In this document: positions 35,992 to 44,339 of the stretch, in pieces
Layout of the letters: the number at the start of each line of letters is the position of its first letter
How positions within the stretch are numbered: position 1 is the stretch's first letter
DNA from: Acidobacteriota bacterium
GTDB taxonomy: Bacteria > Acidobacteriota > Terriglobia > 20CM-2-55-15
NCBI GenBank assembly: GCA_003222815.1
Contig: QHXC01000384.1
Coordinates: 1-44,339 of the forward strand
Reading direction: 5' to 3'
DNA: 44,339 nucleotides
The notes under the pieces: generated by a model
Databases searched by the model: none
Told to the model about the DNA's origin: nothing
What the model saw: only the letters and a program-made list of their open reading frames with translations
Program-made: the position numbers and the translations under genes

Positions 35992-37028
35992 ATATCGACG
36001 CGCTCCGCTGGCCGTTCATTTTCGGCGCGGACCGCAGCGATTTTTCCAACGACATCCATCCCTTCAACGACACGGCCGAAGACCGTATACGTGCCGTCCA
36101 GCGCGGGCTGATCGGCAAGCACAATAAAGAAGGATGTCAACGCGCTGTCGATTTCCTCACCACGGGCCATCGACACAATGCCTGCCTTGTGTTTGATGTC
36201 GTTAATCTCGGCTCGGATCTTCAGCACGTATTTCTGCGCCGCCTGGGGGATGGGCTCTTTGCGGGTATTCAGATCGCCCGCCTGAATGACGAATCCGGGT
36301 GCCACGCGGTGAAACGCAGAGTTGTCATACGCGCCGAGCGACGTGAGTCTGAGAAAGTGTCGAACGTGATTGGGCGCCTTGTCCGGCAGCATCTCGATCA
36401 CGATGTTTCCTTGCGAGGTTTCCATCACGACTCGAAATTGCGCAAGCTCGTCCGGCGTTTCCTCGGTGAAGGGCGGCGGCGTTGGCGGTGGAATGCGCCG
36501 GACGGTAACCGTCTTGATTTCGATTCGATCCCGGGCAATTTGTTTGTCATCCACGGGCATTGTTGAGATTTTGTCCACGACTTCGAGGCCCTCTACGACA
36601 TGAGCAAACGCCGTGAACTGGCCCGTGAACTGCGGTTGATCCGTGACACAGATGAAAAACTGGGAGCCGGCGCTGTTTGGCTCGCCTGGAAGCACCGTTG
36701 CCACGACTGTTCCTTGCTTGAAAGGCAAATCGCTGATCTCGGGTTTGAGGCCGAGATTGAATCCGCCCGTTCCGTACCTGGCGCGCGCTTGCGGATTTTT
36801 CGATTCCGGGTCGCCGCCCTGCACAATGCCATGCGCCACCATGCTGTGGAATGTGGTCCCGACATAGAAGCCCTGGCGCGCCAGTTCGATGAACTTCCGA
36901 ACGTGATTCGGCGACTGGTCGGGATAAAACTCGATGATGAACCTTCCGGCCGATGTATCGAATTCCGCCTGTAGCTGTTTCGGGTCCTCCTGCTGGAAGA
37001 ACATTAGCGCGAGAAATAGTAGCGTCAT
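35961..37028 (-). CDS. Tandem-domain cyclophilin-type peptidyl-prolyl cis-trans isomerase
   Basis: There are two cyclophilin cores (FHSMVAHGIVQGGD...GSQFFI and FHRVAPGFVIQAGD...TSFFIV) after a short hydrophobic N-terminus. The 3' end overlaps the convergent HAD gene by 31 nt. Confidence 0.9.
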   Translation of the reverse strand: MTLLFLALMFFQQEDPKQLQAEFDTSAGRFIIEFYPDQSPNHVRKFIELARQGFYVGTTFHSMVAHGIVQGGDPESKNPQARARYGTGGFNLGLKPEISDLPFKQGTVVATVLPGEPNSAGSQFFICVTDQPQFTGQFTAFAHVVEGLEVVDKISTMPVDDKQIARDRIEIKTVTVRRIPPPTPPPFTEETPDELAQFRVVMETSQGNIVIEMLPDKAPNHVRHFLRLTSLGAYDNSAFHRVAPGFVIQAGDLNTRKEPIPQAAQKYVLKIRAEINDIKHKAGIVSMARGEEIDSALTSFFIVLADQPALDGTYTVFGRVVEGMDVVGKIAAVRAENERPAERVDIYSMKAERRK

Positions 37029-37065
37029 AGTTTCAGTTCCGTCACTGTGCCTGTTTCCGGATCGC

Positions 37066-37090
37066 CGGCGGTCACAGACCGCCGCTACAG
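37066..37090. repeat. REP-like hairpin CGGCGGT-cacag-ACCGCCG followed by CTACAG
   Basis: A 7-bp perfect stem between the TPR gene stop and the PPIase start. It belongs to the same family as 28588-28617, with the loop inverted. Confidence 0.6.
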
Positions 37091-37096
37091 TCAGAA

Positions 37097-38521
37097 TTAT
37101 CGCGGCCCGAGGCTCTCGTCCTCAGCTTTCATTTTCAGTTGCCGTGCGCGCTCCACGATGCCTTCGAGCCGCTCTTTCCTTTTGCGCTCGGCTTCGACCT
37201 TCCGTGTCAGCCTGCGATCTTCGTATTGCTCGATCGATTTGCCGATGGAAAGCAATTGATTGTCGTACAGCCCGATGGCCCGATTGTAGTCATCAATGGC
37301 ATCGGTGAATTGGCGGTGTTGCACGCGGATCGCGGCTCTCGAAAAATAGGCGTCGGCATTGGCCCGATTCATCCGGAGCACTTTTTCGAACTGCTCCAGC
37401 GCGCGTTCCGTTTTGCCCTCGCGAAAAAAAACTGTGCCGAGCGCGTATACCGCTTCGGGAAAATTAAGCACAAATTTCAGAGCTTCTTCATATTCTCTGC
37501 GAGCCATTTCCAGGTCGCCGCGCGCAAACCAGATGTTACCGAGATAGTAATGGGCCTCATAACTTGCCGGATTTATTTCGATCGCGTTTTGAAAGGCTCT
37601 TTCGGCTTCATCGAATTCGAGTGTCTGCAGGTAATTCAAGCCTAGCCGAAGATGCGCCACTTCGAATCGTGGGTTGCGTTTCAATACAGCCAGGTAGTGT
37701 TCTCTGGCGAGTTCGTTTTCTTCGAGGCTGGAGTAGTAGTCACCCAGGAGAATACGGCCTTCGAGGAAATCCGGTGCAAGCTCCACGGCGCGCTTGTAAA
37801 GAGGTTCGACATCCTCGTTTTCATCGATCGCAGAGAGCGCTTGGGCCAGCCCGACCCATGAGCGAAAATGCCTCGGGCTCCGCTCAAGCGCGCGATCGAA
37901 AGCACGGCGCGCCTCGGCGTAGTCCGCTTTCACGAGCCAATAATTTCCAAGCTCATACTGAACCACCGCCAGTGCCGGTGCGATTTCGGCAGCTTTTAGA
38001 ATCGAGTTTTCCTGCTGCCTCGTTGTGGGATTCATTTTCCATCGTACAAGCCAGTTGAATGGATTTTCCGGTTCGATTCCGATGGCCTGATCGATCTTCC
38101 CCAGCCCGGCGCGGTCCCGGCTCGGACCGAAATCGTCGAGCGATCGAAACGCATCCAGGCGGAGGCTGAACGCGCTTCCGGGCGCGCACTGCGGATCCGC
38201 ACCGCGTTCCAACGAAGGCCGGAAGTCTTCCGAATTCAGTTTTTGTTCAAGGGCCAGAAAAAGGTTTGCTTCTGCCAGGTGCAAGCGATATTCGCAATCG
38301 GCAGGCGATAACTCCGACGCGCGCTGAAAGTGTTCGATGGCGCGCGCGTATCCGTCCGGCGTGAACTCGTGAAGGGCCGCGAGACCCTGATGGAATTCCG
38401 CTCGGTCTAGAGCAGTCGATGGGGCGATCACGAGCCGTTTTGAATTTGTGCAGGCGATAAGTGTGAGACACAGAAAGAAAATGAGCAGCCCCATTCCGAA
38501 CCGTCCGAAATCGCTAGCCAT
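37097..38521 (-). CDS. TPR-repeat lipoprotein
   Basis: The signal peptide carries a lipobox (FFLCLTLIAC). Multiple 34-aa TPR units follow (for example AEARRAFDRALERSPRHFRSW, ELAREHYLAVLKRNPRFEVAH) and a basic coiled C-terminus. Confidence 0.85.
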   Translation of the reverse strand: MASDFGRFGMGLLIFFLCLTLIACTNSKRLVIAPSTALDRAEFHQGLAALHEFTPDGYARAIEHFQRASELSPADCEYRLHLAEANLFLALEQKLNSEDFRPSLERGADPQCAPGSAFSLRLDAFRSLDDFGPSRDRAGLGKIDQAIGIEPENPFNWLVRWKMNPTTRQQENSILKAAEIAPALAVVQYELGNYWLVKADYAEARRAFDRALERSPRHFRSWVGLAQALSAIDENEDVEPLYKRAVELAPDFLEGRILLGDYYSSLEENELAREHYLAVLKRNPRFEVAHLRLGLNYLQTLEFDEAERAFQNAIEINPASYEAHYYLGNIWFARGDLEMARREYEEALKFVLNFPEAVYALGTVFFREGKTERALEQFEKVLRMNRANADAYFSRAAIRVQHRQFTDAIDDYNRAIGLYDNQLLSIGKSIEQYEDRRLTRKVEAERKRKERLEGIVERARQLKMKAEDESLGPR

Positions 38522-38535
38522 AAGTGACGCTAATT

Positions 38536-39699
38536 CTATAGCAATTGTGAGCCGCGGCGGAGAGCGTCGGTGCCGAACCTTTGTTTGATTTCATCGACAG
38601 TGTGGCCGAGCTTTTCTTTCCCGTTGGAATAAGCGAACAGCGGCAGTTGTTCCGGGTCCTCACCATCGCGATGAAGGTCGCCGGCGGAGACACCGATCAA
38701 ACGAATCTTCTGCGTCAGAGGGAATTGCGAGAAAAGCGCCCGGGCGATCTGGGCGAGTTCCTCGCCGGTCTGGATTCGTTTATCCAGTGACTGCTGTTTG
38801 GTGTGCGTGGAGAAGCTCGAATAGCGCAGCTTCAGCGTGACTTTGCGAGCGCGATAGCCGTCTTTCCGAAGCCGCTCCGCGACGTGATCCGACAGTTCGA
38901 GAATTGTTCGAAGCAGAAGTTCGCGGTCATCGGTGTCTTCGTCGAATGTCGTCTCGCTGCCAATCGATTTGGCCTCCCAGTTCGGCACGACCGGCCGATT
39001 GTCCTTCCCTCGCGACAAGTGAAACAGATGCTCCCCGAGGCTGCCGAGAGATCGAATCAGCGACTCGCGCGATGCGGCCGTGAGCTGGCCGATCGTGTGG
39101 AACCCCATTTCACGAAGACGCTGCTCGGTCTTTGGTCCGACGCCCCAAAGTCTGGAGATCGGAAGTCCGTGAAGGAACTCTTGAATGTCTTTTTCCTGGA
39201 CCACCACCAGGCCGTCCGGTTTCCTCAGATCGGATGCAATTTTCGCAAGAAACTTGTTGGGAGCCAGTCCGACCGAAGCCGTCAAGCCTGTTGTTTGATG
39301 GATCTCCTTCTTGATGGAGAGCGCGATCTGATCCGGCCTTCCGAGCAGCGCAGCAGAGCCGGTAATGTCGAGGAATGCTTCATCGATGCTGACTGGCTCG
39401 ACGAGATCCGTGTATCGGCGGAAAACTTCCATCACGTGCGCGGATACTTCTACGTAGCGCTTCATACGAGGGCGCACATAAACGCCCTCCGGACAAAGCT
39501 TCCATGCGCGGCTGATGGGAAGAGCCGACCGCACGCCAAACGTCCGGGCTTCATACGAACATGCAGCCACAACTCCGCGTCCCTTACCGCCCTTCGGATC
39601 GGCGCCGACAATCACCGGTTTGCCTTTGTATTCGGGATGGTCGAGTTGCTCGATGGATGCGTAAAAAGCATCCATGTCCACATGGAGAATTGAGCGCAT
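38536..39699 (-). CDS. dinB: DNA polymerase IV (Y-family)
   Basis: ILHVDMDAFYASIEQ, CSYEARTFGVRS and SIDEAFLDIT motifs with little-finger domain length. 387 aa. Confidence 0.95.
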   Translation of the reverse strand: MRSILHVDMDAFYASIEQLDHPEYKGKPVIVGADPKGGKGRGVVAACSYEARTFGVRSALPISRAWKLCPEGVYVRPRMKRYVEVSAHVMEVFRRYTDLVEPVSIDEAFLDITGSAALLGRPDQIALSIKKEIHQTTGLTASVGLAPNKFLAKIASDLRKPDGLVVVQEKDIQEFLHGLPISRLWGVGPKTEQRLREMGFHTIGQLTAASRESLIRSLGSLGEHLFHLSRGKDNRPVVPNWEAKSIGSETTFDEDTDDRELLLRTILELSDHVAERLRKDGYRARKVTLKLRYSSFSTHTKQQSLDKRIQTGEELAQIARALFSQFPLTQKIRLIGVSAGDLHRDGEDPEQLPLFAYSNGKEKLGHTVDEIKQRFGTDALRRGSQLL

Positions 39700-39705
39700 A
39701 GGAAA

Positions 39706-39725
39706 TTCGAAATTCGAATTTCGAA
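39706..39725. promoter_or_regulatory. Perfect 20-bp palindrome TTCGAAATTCGAATTTCGAA immediately upstream of dinB
   Basis: Verified by hand to be self-complementary. It lies in the 28-nt gap between the Rrf2 gene stop (39728) and the dinB start (39699). Its function is unknown; it may be an operator. Confidence 0.4.
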
Positions 39726-39727
39726 CT

Positions 39728-40177
39728 TTAAATGTGATACATCAACTGCCGTTGATTCATGCGCGTGCGGCGGACCAGCTCTTCGAATGTGATGTTATTA
39801 AGGATGGAGCCGATGGCGCGATCCACTTCTGTCCAGATCGGTCTGAAGTGGCAGGTTGTCGGTTTGCCGCAATCATCGCCAAGGTTGCCGGTCTGCAAGC
39901 AGGAGAGCTGAACGAAGGGCCCACTCATGCTCCGGATCACTTCGCCGACGGTGATCTGGCTCGGATGCCGGGTCAATACATAACCGCCTTCAGTACCTCG
40001 CTTGCTCCGGACAACGTCGACCCGTTTCAGGATTTGCATGATCTGAAATAGGAACTTCATCGGAATGCCCTGACGTTGCGCGATGTCCTGCACGCGAACG
40101 GGCGCCTCGCTGTCGTAATTCAGTGCCAGTTCCAGCACCGCCGAACATGCATATTCATCCTTTGCCGAAACCTTCAT
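39728..40177 (-). CDS. Rrf2-family transcriptional regulator (IscR/NsrR-like, three-Cys cluster)
   Basis: MKVSAKDEYACSAVLELAL... is the winged-helix region, followed by Cys-x9-Cys-x5-Cys (LSCLQTGNLGDDCGKPTTCH). The start is taken at the ATG at 40177. The 352-aa track ORF extension overlaps smc and is rejected. Confidence 0.85.
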   Translation of the reverse strand: MKVSAKDEYACSAVLELALNYDSEAPVRVQDIAQRQGIPMKFLFQIMQILKRVDVVRSKRGTEGGYVLTRHPSQITVGEVIRSMSGPFVQLSCLQTGNLGDDCGKPTTCHFRPIWTEVDRAIGSILNNITFEELVRRTRMNQRQLMYHI

Positions 40178-40354
40178 ACGAACTAGATTTAACCTTCCAC
40201 CCGACAATAGCGCAGCCCCCCCGCGAAGTACAGGGCGAATCGTTGGATCGGAAAAGGAAGGAAAGGGACCCAATCTGTCACTGCAGGCGAGGAAGCTAGG
40301 GAGGACAAAGAGGTCCAAAATCTGGTAAAAGGACAACCCGGGGAATACGCGCAG

Positions 40355-43300
40355 GTGTTGAAACTTCGACGTATCGAACTTATTGGCTTCAAGTCTTTTT
40401 CCGACAAGGGCGAAATTGTCGTCAACGAATCCGGCGTAACCGCAATCGTTGGGCCGAACGGGTGCGGCAAAAGCAACGTTTCCGACGCGATCGCATGGGT
40501 TCTGGGCGAGCAAAGCGCGAAGTCGCTCCGCGGTGAGAAGATGGAAGATGTCATTTTCAATGGGACCCGGAGCCGGGCTCCAATGGGAATGGCCGAAGTG
40601 ACCATTACGCTGTCGGAAGCGGAGCCCACTCACCACAATGAAACCGGCAACGGAAACGGTAACGGAAACGGGCAGCGCAGTGCGCCTGCCAGTCCCCGAG
40701 ATGTTGTGGTCCAGCGCCGGCTCTACAGGTCCGGCGAAAGTCTCTACCTGATCGACGGAAGGCCCTGCCGGCTGCGCGACATTCAAGACATCTTTTTAGG
40801 TACCGGACTCGGTCCTAACAGCTACGCGATTATCGAGCAGGGGCGGGTCGGACAGTTACTGAGCTCGAAGCCTTCGGATCGACGGGCTCTGATCGAAGAA
40901 GCCGCCGGCGTTACCAAATTCAAAGCCAAACGCAAGCTGGCGGAATCACGCCTGGAAGCAGCCAGACAGAATCTCTCCCGCGTGAACGATATCCTGGCCG
41001 AAGTGGATCGGCAGCGCAATTCGCTCAAGCGGCAGGCGGGGAAGGCGCGACGCCACATCGAACTGCGGAACCGGCTGCGCGTGGTCTTGTCTGCGGTTTT
41101 TTCGACGCGCGCCGAGATGTTGATTGACCAGCAGGAGAACGTCGAGATCGGTCTCGCTTTGATTGGAGGCGAAGGCAAGAGGCTCGAGCAGGAAATCGAA
41201 CGGCTCAACAGTCTTGTTCATCAGAGGCGAGCCGATGTTGGGATCGCCGAGCGCAAGCTGGAAGAAAGCCGGGAGCGACGTTCGGAAGTGGAGCTGGAGC
41301 ACGAGAAATCGATTCAGCGCAGCGAACGGCTCCAGGATCAGATACAAGGCCTCGAGGAACGCAAGACGGCCCTGGCGGGGGAGAAGAAGCGTGCGTTGGA
41401 AGACCTCGCGCGGAATAACAGGGAGCGCGCCGCGAAAGGCGGTCAACTGTCGGCGATTGATTCGGAGAAGCAGATTGTTGAGAGCGATATCCAGCAAGTG
41501 ACCGCTTCCCTTTCGAATCTTGCCGAGTCGAGCAACTCGGAAGAACGTGCGATCGAGCAGCTTCGCGGCCAGCAGTTCGAAACGGTCGGGCACGAGGCAA
41601 GAATCCGCAATCAGGTTTCAAGCTGCAAAGAGTTGGTCGGCCGCATTCGAGCGCATGTCGAGCGCCTGGAACGCGAAGAGGCAGCGGCGCGAACTCAGGT
41701 TTCGGATGTGGAGATTCAATTGAATGCTGCTCGTGAGGAACACTCGGGTCAGCAGGCCGGCTTCGGTCAAATGAAGAATCAGTTGCACGCGGCGGAAGAG
41801 ACATATTCCAAATACAAGGTGGGGCATGCCGATGCGCTGCAGATTGCAGCCGAAGCTAAGGCGCAGGAAGAAAGCCTCCGGCATCGTCTCCAGACGATTG
41901 GTGAGTTAGCCGTTCAGCGCGCTTACAGCACAGAATGCGTTCAGCGATTTTTTAATCATACTCGCAGTCTGGATTGGTCGCCGTTGGGCATACTTGCCGA
42001 CTTCACTGAAGTCGAGCCGGAGTATGAGTCTCTCGTAGAAGATTTCCTCAGGCGGGAACTCCAGTACGTAGTCGTTGAAGACCGCGCCGAGGCTGAACGC
42101 GCTCTCGCCGTCGTGAAGGACGTCAGCAAAGGGCGCCTGGACTGCCTGGTGCGGAATGGCAGTACTGGGCCCGAGCCTCCCATTGCAATAGAAGGCGCAA
42201 CACCGCTGAGTAGTGTGATCCGATTTGACGATCGGGTACGCCATTTCAGCGAATACATACGCGACACCTACATCGTGGATAACGTCGACCGGGCGTGGGA
42301 ATTATCGGAGCGCTATCCGAAGTTGGTGTTCATTGGCCGTACGGGTGAGGTGGTGCGCGGACATGTGGTGAGTTGGGGTGAACAGGAGGCGCATGGCCCC
42401 CTCTCTCTTAAGCGGGAAATCCGTGAACTGGATCGCAAGATGTCGATGGCCGTACGGCGCATGGCAACGCTTCAGGAGTACGTTCTTGGATTGGATCAGC
42501 TTGTCCAAGAGAGTGAGTCGCTGAAAGCACGTCTGTTGCTGGAGCTCCAGGAAGCCGAGAAAGCGATTCTCAACTCCGACCATCGCGTGCGCTCGCTCAC
42601 CGCGGATTTTGATCGCGCCGAGCAGAGGCTTGAGCTCGTGGAGATCGCGGCCAGAACGGCTGCTGTCGAGGAGGAAATTCAGTCACGATCCCAGCGCAGC
42701 GAGCAACTGCGCGTCCAAACCGACTTTTTGCGCCGTGATTTTGCCGGGCTGCAGTCCCAGCTTGCCGTGCTCGAAGAGAGACGCTCGACGGTGGCGAGAG
42801 AACTCGGCGTTCTTGGCGAGCAGGCTGCCGATCTTGAAGCGCGTGCAAACCACGCCGAAACGCGGATGCAACAGTCTATCGAACAACAGGAGCAGACGCG
42901 TGAAACGATTCGAGCTCTGGAACAGACGCGCGGCGAGCTTGTTCAGGAGCGCGCTCGGCTCGATGAAGCCATCGTTCAGGCTACCGCATCACTCGAGCAA
43001 CTCCGCGGTGAGCTTCACGAAGCGGAAAGCAGGTGGGACGAGGTGCGCGGCCTTCTAGATTCCTGGAAAGATCGGCACAACGTTCTTGAAATCGAAAAGG
43101 CGCAGGTGGATTCCGATCTCAAGCATCTCAGTGAGACCTGCATCAACGAGCTGAACGAAACCATCGAATCGGTCTGTCTGAACTTCTTCGAAGCTTTGCC
43201 TCCGGGAGAGCTCGAAATTCGCGAGCAGGAATTTCGAGACCTGCGCGACAAAATCGACTCGATGGGCGCGGTCAACATGATGGCTGTTGAGGAATATCAG

Positions 43301-43855
43301 GAAGCTGAGGACAGGTTCCAGTTCCTCACGTCTCAGCGTCAGGATCTGCTCGATTCGATTCGAGACACCACGCAGGCCATTGAAGAGATCGACGCGGTGT
43401 GCCGGCGGCAGTTCAAGGAAGCTTTCGACGCAATCAACGCCGGTTTCACACAATCGTTCGTGCACCTCTTCGGCGGCGGCCATGGCGAACTGCGATTGCT
43501 CGAGGGGGCTGAAGAAGCCGGCGCTGGAGTCGAGATCGTTGCGCAGCCGCCCGGCAAGAGACTTCAAAACGTCCTGTTGTTGTCCGGTGGAGAAAAAGCG
43601 CTCACGGCGCTTGCGCTGCTGATTGCGTTGTTCCGCTACAAGCCAAGTCCGTTCTGTGTGCTGGATGAAGTAGACGCGCCGCTGGATGACGCCAACGTCG
43701 ACCGCTTCGCGCAAATGGTGCGCGACATGAGCTCCGAGACGCAGTTCATCGTCATCACGCACAGCAAGCGTACGATGGAGACTGCCTCGACTCTTTATGG
43801 CGTCACGATGGAAGAACCCGGAATTTCGAAAATCGTTTCGGTAAGATTGAACTAG
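40355..43855 (+). CDS. smc: Chromosome partition protein SMC
   Basis: Walker [10 protein letters not shown], long coiled coils around a hinge, signature [14 protein letters not shown] and Walker [13 protein letters not shown]. 1166 aa with a GTG start. Confidence 0.95.
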   Translation: MLKLRRIELIGFKSFSDKGEIVVNESGVTAIVGPNGCGKSNVSDAIAWVLGEQSAKSLRGEKMEDVIFNGTRSRAPMGMAEVTITLSEAEPTHHNETGNGNGNGNGQRSAPASPRDVVVQRRLYRSGESLYLIDGRPCRLRDIQDIFLGTGLGPNSYAIIEQGRVGQLLSSKPSDRRALIEEAAGVTKFKAKRKLAESRLEAARQNLSRVNDILAEVDRQRNSLKRQAGKARRHIELRNRLRVVLSAVFSTRAEMLIDQQENVEIGLALIGGEGKRLEQEIERLNSLVHQRRADVGIAERKLEESRERRSEVELEHEKSIQRSERLQDQIQGLEERKTALAGEKKRALEDLARNNRERAAKGGQLSAIDSEKQIVESDIQQVTASLSNLAESSNSEERAIEQLRGQQFETVGHEARIRNQVSSCKELVGRIRAHVERLEREEAAARTQVSDVEIQLNAAREEHSGQQAGFGQMKNQLHAAEETYSKYKVGHADALQIAAEAKAQEESLRHRLQTIGELAVQRAYSTECVQRFFNHTRSLDWSPLGILADFTEVEPEYESLVEDFLRRELQYVVVEDRAEAERALAVVKDVSKGRLDCLVRNGSTGPEPPIAIEGATPLSSVIRFDDRVRHFSEYIRDTYIVDNVDRAWELSERYPKLVFIGRTGEVVRGHVVSWGEQEAHGPLSLKREIRELDRKMSMAVRRMATLQEYVLGLDQLVQESESLKARLLLELQEAEKAILNSDHRVRSLTADFDRAEQRLELVEIAARTAAVEEEIQSRSQRSEQLRVQTDFLRRDFAGLQSQLAVLEERRSTVARELGVLGEQAADLEARANHAETRMQQSIEQQEQTRETIRALEQTRGELVQERARLDEAIVQATASLEQLRGELHEAESRWDEVRGLLDSWKDRHNVLEIEKAQVDSDLKHLSETCINELNETIESVCLNFFEALPPGELEIREQEFRDLRDKIDSMGAVNMMAVEEYQEAEDRFQFLTSQRQDLLDSIRDTTQAIEEIDAVCRRQFKEAFDAINAGFTQSFVHLFGGGHGELRLLEGAEEAGAGVEIVAQPPGKRLQNVLLLSGGEKALTALALLIALFRYKPSPFCVLDEVDAPLDDANVDRFAQMVRDMSSETQFIVITHSKRTMETASTLYGVTMEEPGISKIVSVRLN

Positions 43856-43868
43856 CCATGGGGATCAA

Positions 43869-44339
43869 ATGCCAATGACTTTGCTACAAACCGACCTTTC
43901 GGGATTGAAGCTCCACGCTCGTGGAAAGGTTCGTGACATCTACGATCTCGGCGAGCACTTTCTCATCGTTGCGACCGACAGACTTTCCGCTTTCGACGTG
44001 GTCCTGCCCACGCCCATTCCCAGCAAGGGTAAAGTTCTGACGCAGATGTCGGCGTTCTGGTTTGACTTTTTCAAAGAATTCGTTCCGAACCACGTCGTTT
44101 CAACAAAGGTCGATCGATATCCGAGGGAGTTGCACCAGTTCCGCGATCAGCTCGAAGGCCGATCCATGCTGGTCAAGAAGGCGAAGGTTTTTCCCGTCGA
44201 ATGCGTCGCCCGAGGATTTCTCACTGGATCGGGTCTGAAGGATTACCTGAAGACAGGTCAGGTGTGTGGCATTTCTTTGCCTGCCGGGTTGCGCGAGTCC
44301 GATCGGTTGTCCCAACCGATCTTCACGCCGGCCACGAAA
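43869..44339 (+). CDS. purC: Phosphoribosylaminoimidazole-succinocarboxamide synthase (SAICAR synthase), N-terminal 157 codons; runs off the right edge
   Basis: Hand translation gives [65 protein letters not shown]... The frame stays open to the end of the window. Confidence 0.9.
   Translation, partial: MPMTLLQTDLSGLKLHARGKVRDIYDLGEHFLIVATDRLSAFDVVLPTPIPSKGKVLTQMSAFWFDFFKEFVPNHVVSTKVDRYPRELHQFRDQLEGRSMLVKKAKVFPVECVARGFLTGSGLKDYLKTGQVCGISLPAGLRESDRLSQPIFTPATK

Noticed and set aside
38803-39693. 296-aa plus-strand ORF
   Set aside because: It is antisense to dinB, which is unambiguous.
40178-40354. The largest clean intergenic region (purine-rich ggaaaaggaaggaaaggga), checked for a tRNA, sRNA or riboswitch
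   Set aside because: No tRNA-like T-loop or acceptor features, no convincing conserved structure and no ORF. It is most simply the divergent promoter region of the Rrf2-dinB unit and smc.
39728-40786. 352-aa minus-strand ORF extending the Rrf2 regulator far upstream
   Set aside because: The Rrf2 homology starts at MKVSAKDEY (ATG at 40177). The extension is low-complexity Pro/Arg/Gly-rich sequence antisense to the well-supported smc gene.

Overview
Moderately GC-rich, densely packed bacterial chromosomal segment of about 45 genes. Protein styles suggest a soil Acidobacteriota-like organism, but that is inference only. I found no rRNA, tRNA, CRISPR array, transposase, integrase or prophage genes. 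No novel multi-gene system is evident; the unusual signals are disrupted genes, hairpin repeats and two uncharacterised gene pairs.

Gene blocks, left to right:
- MacAB-type ABC efflux module (two FtsX-type permeases, a membrane fusion protein, an ATPase), followed by a DsbA-like thioredoxin protein.
- YHS metal-binding mini-protein plus a glycine-zipper membrane protein, then an L-lactate permease on the opposite strand.
- A plus-strand run: 50-aa basic mini-protein, DUF488, beta-CASP metallo-beta-lactamase nuclease, TldD, PmbA, M23 peptidase, HEAT-repeat protein, membrane protein.
- thrC and a 1066-aa secreted multidomain zinc metalloprotease.
- A Bacillus-style fadR-fadN-fadA-fadE beta-oxidation operon on the minus strand.
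- proB-proA, a SirB1-like protein and a HAD hydrolase.
- mqnE (futalosine pathway) and a methyltransferase.
- An N-terminal-rhodanese ThiF/MoeB enzyme coupled to an unknown 148-aa protein, then a DUF374 acyltransferase.
- A double cyclophilin, a TPR lipoprotein, an Rrf2 regulator followed by dinB, then smc and the start of purC.

Most notable observations:
1. At least six genes are internally deleted, frameshifted or truncated: the beta-CASP nuclease, pmbA, fadN, mqnE, a thiO-like FAD oxidoreductase remnant and a vapC/PIN remnant abutting proA. This indicates either genome decay or assembly error.
2. Several families of REP-like hairpins sit exactly in intergenic gaps, including a perfect 33-bp inverted repeat inside the fad operon.
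3. There is a TGAATGA-N4-TCATTCA operator over the fadR start codon and a perfect 20-bp palindrome immediately upstream of dinB.
4. Two mini-ORFs shorter than the shortest (60 aa) entries in the supplied ORF track are likely real.
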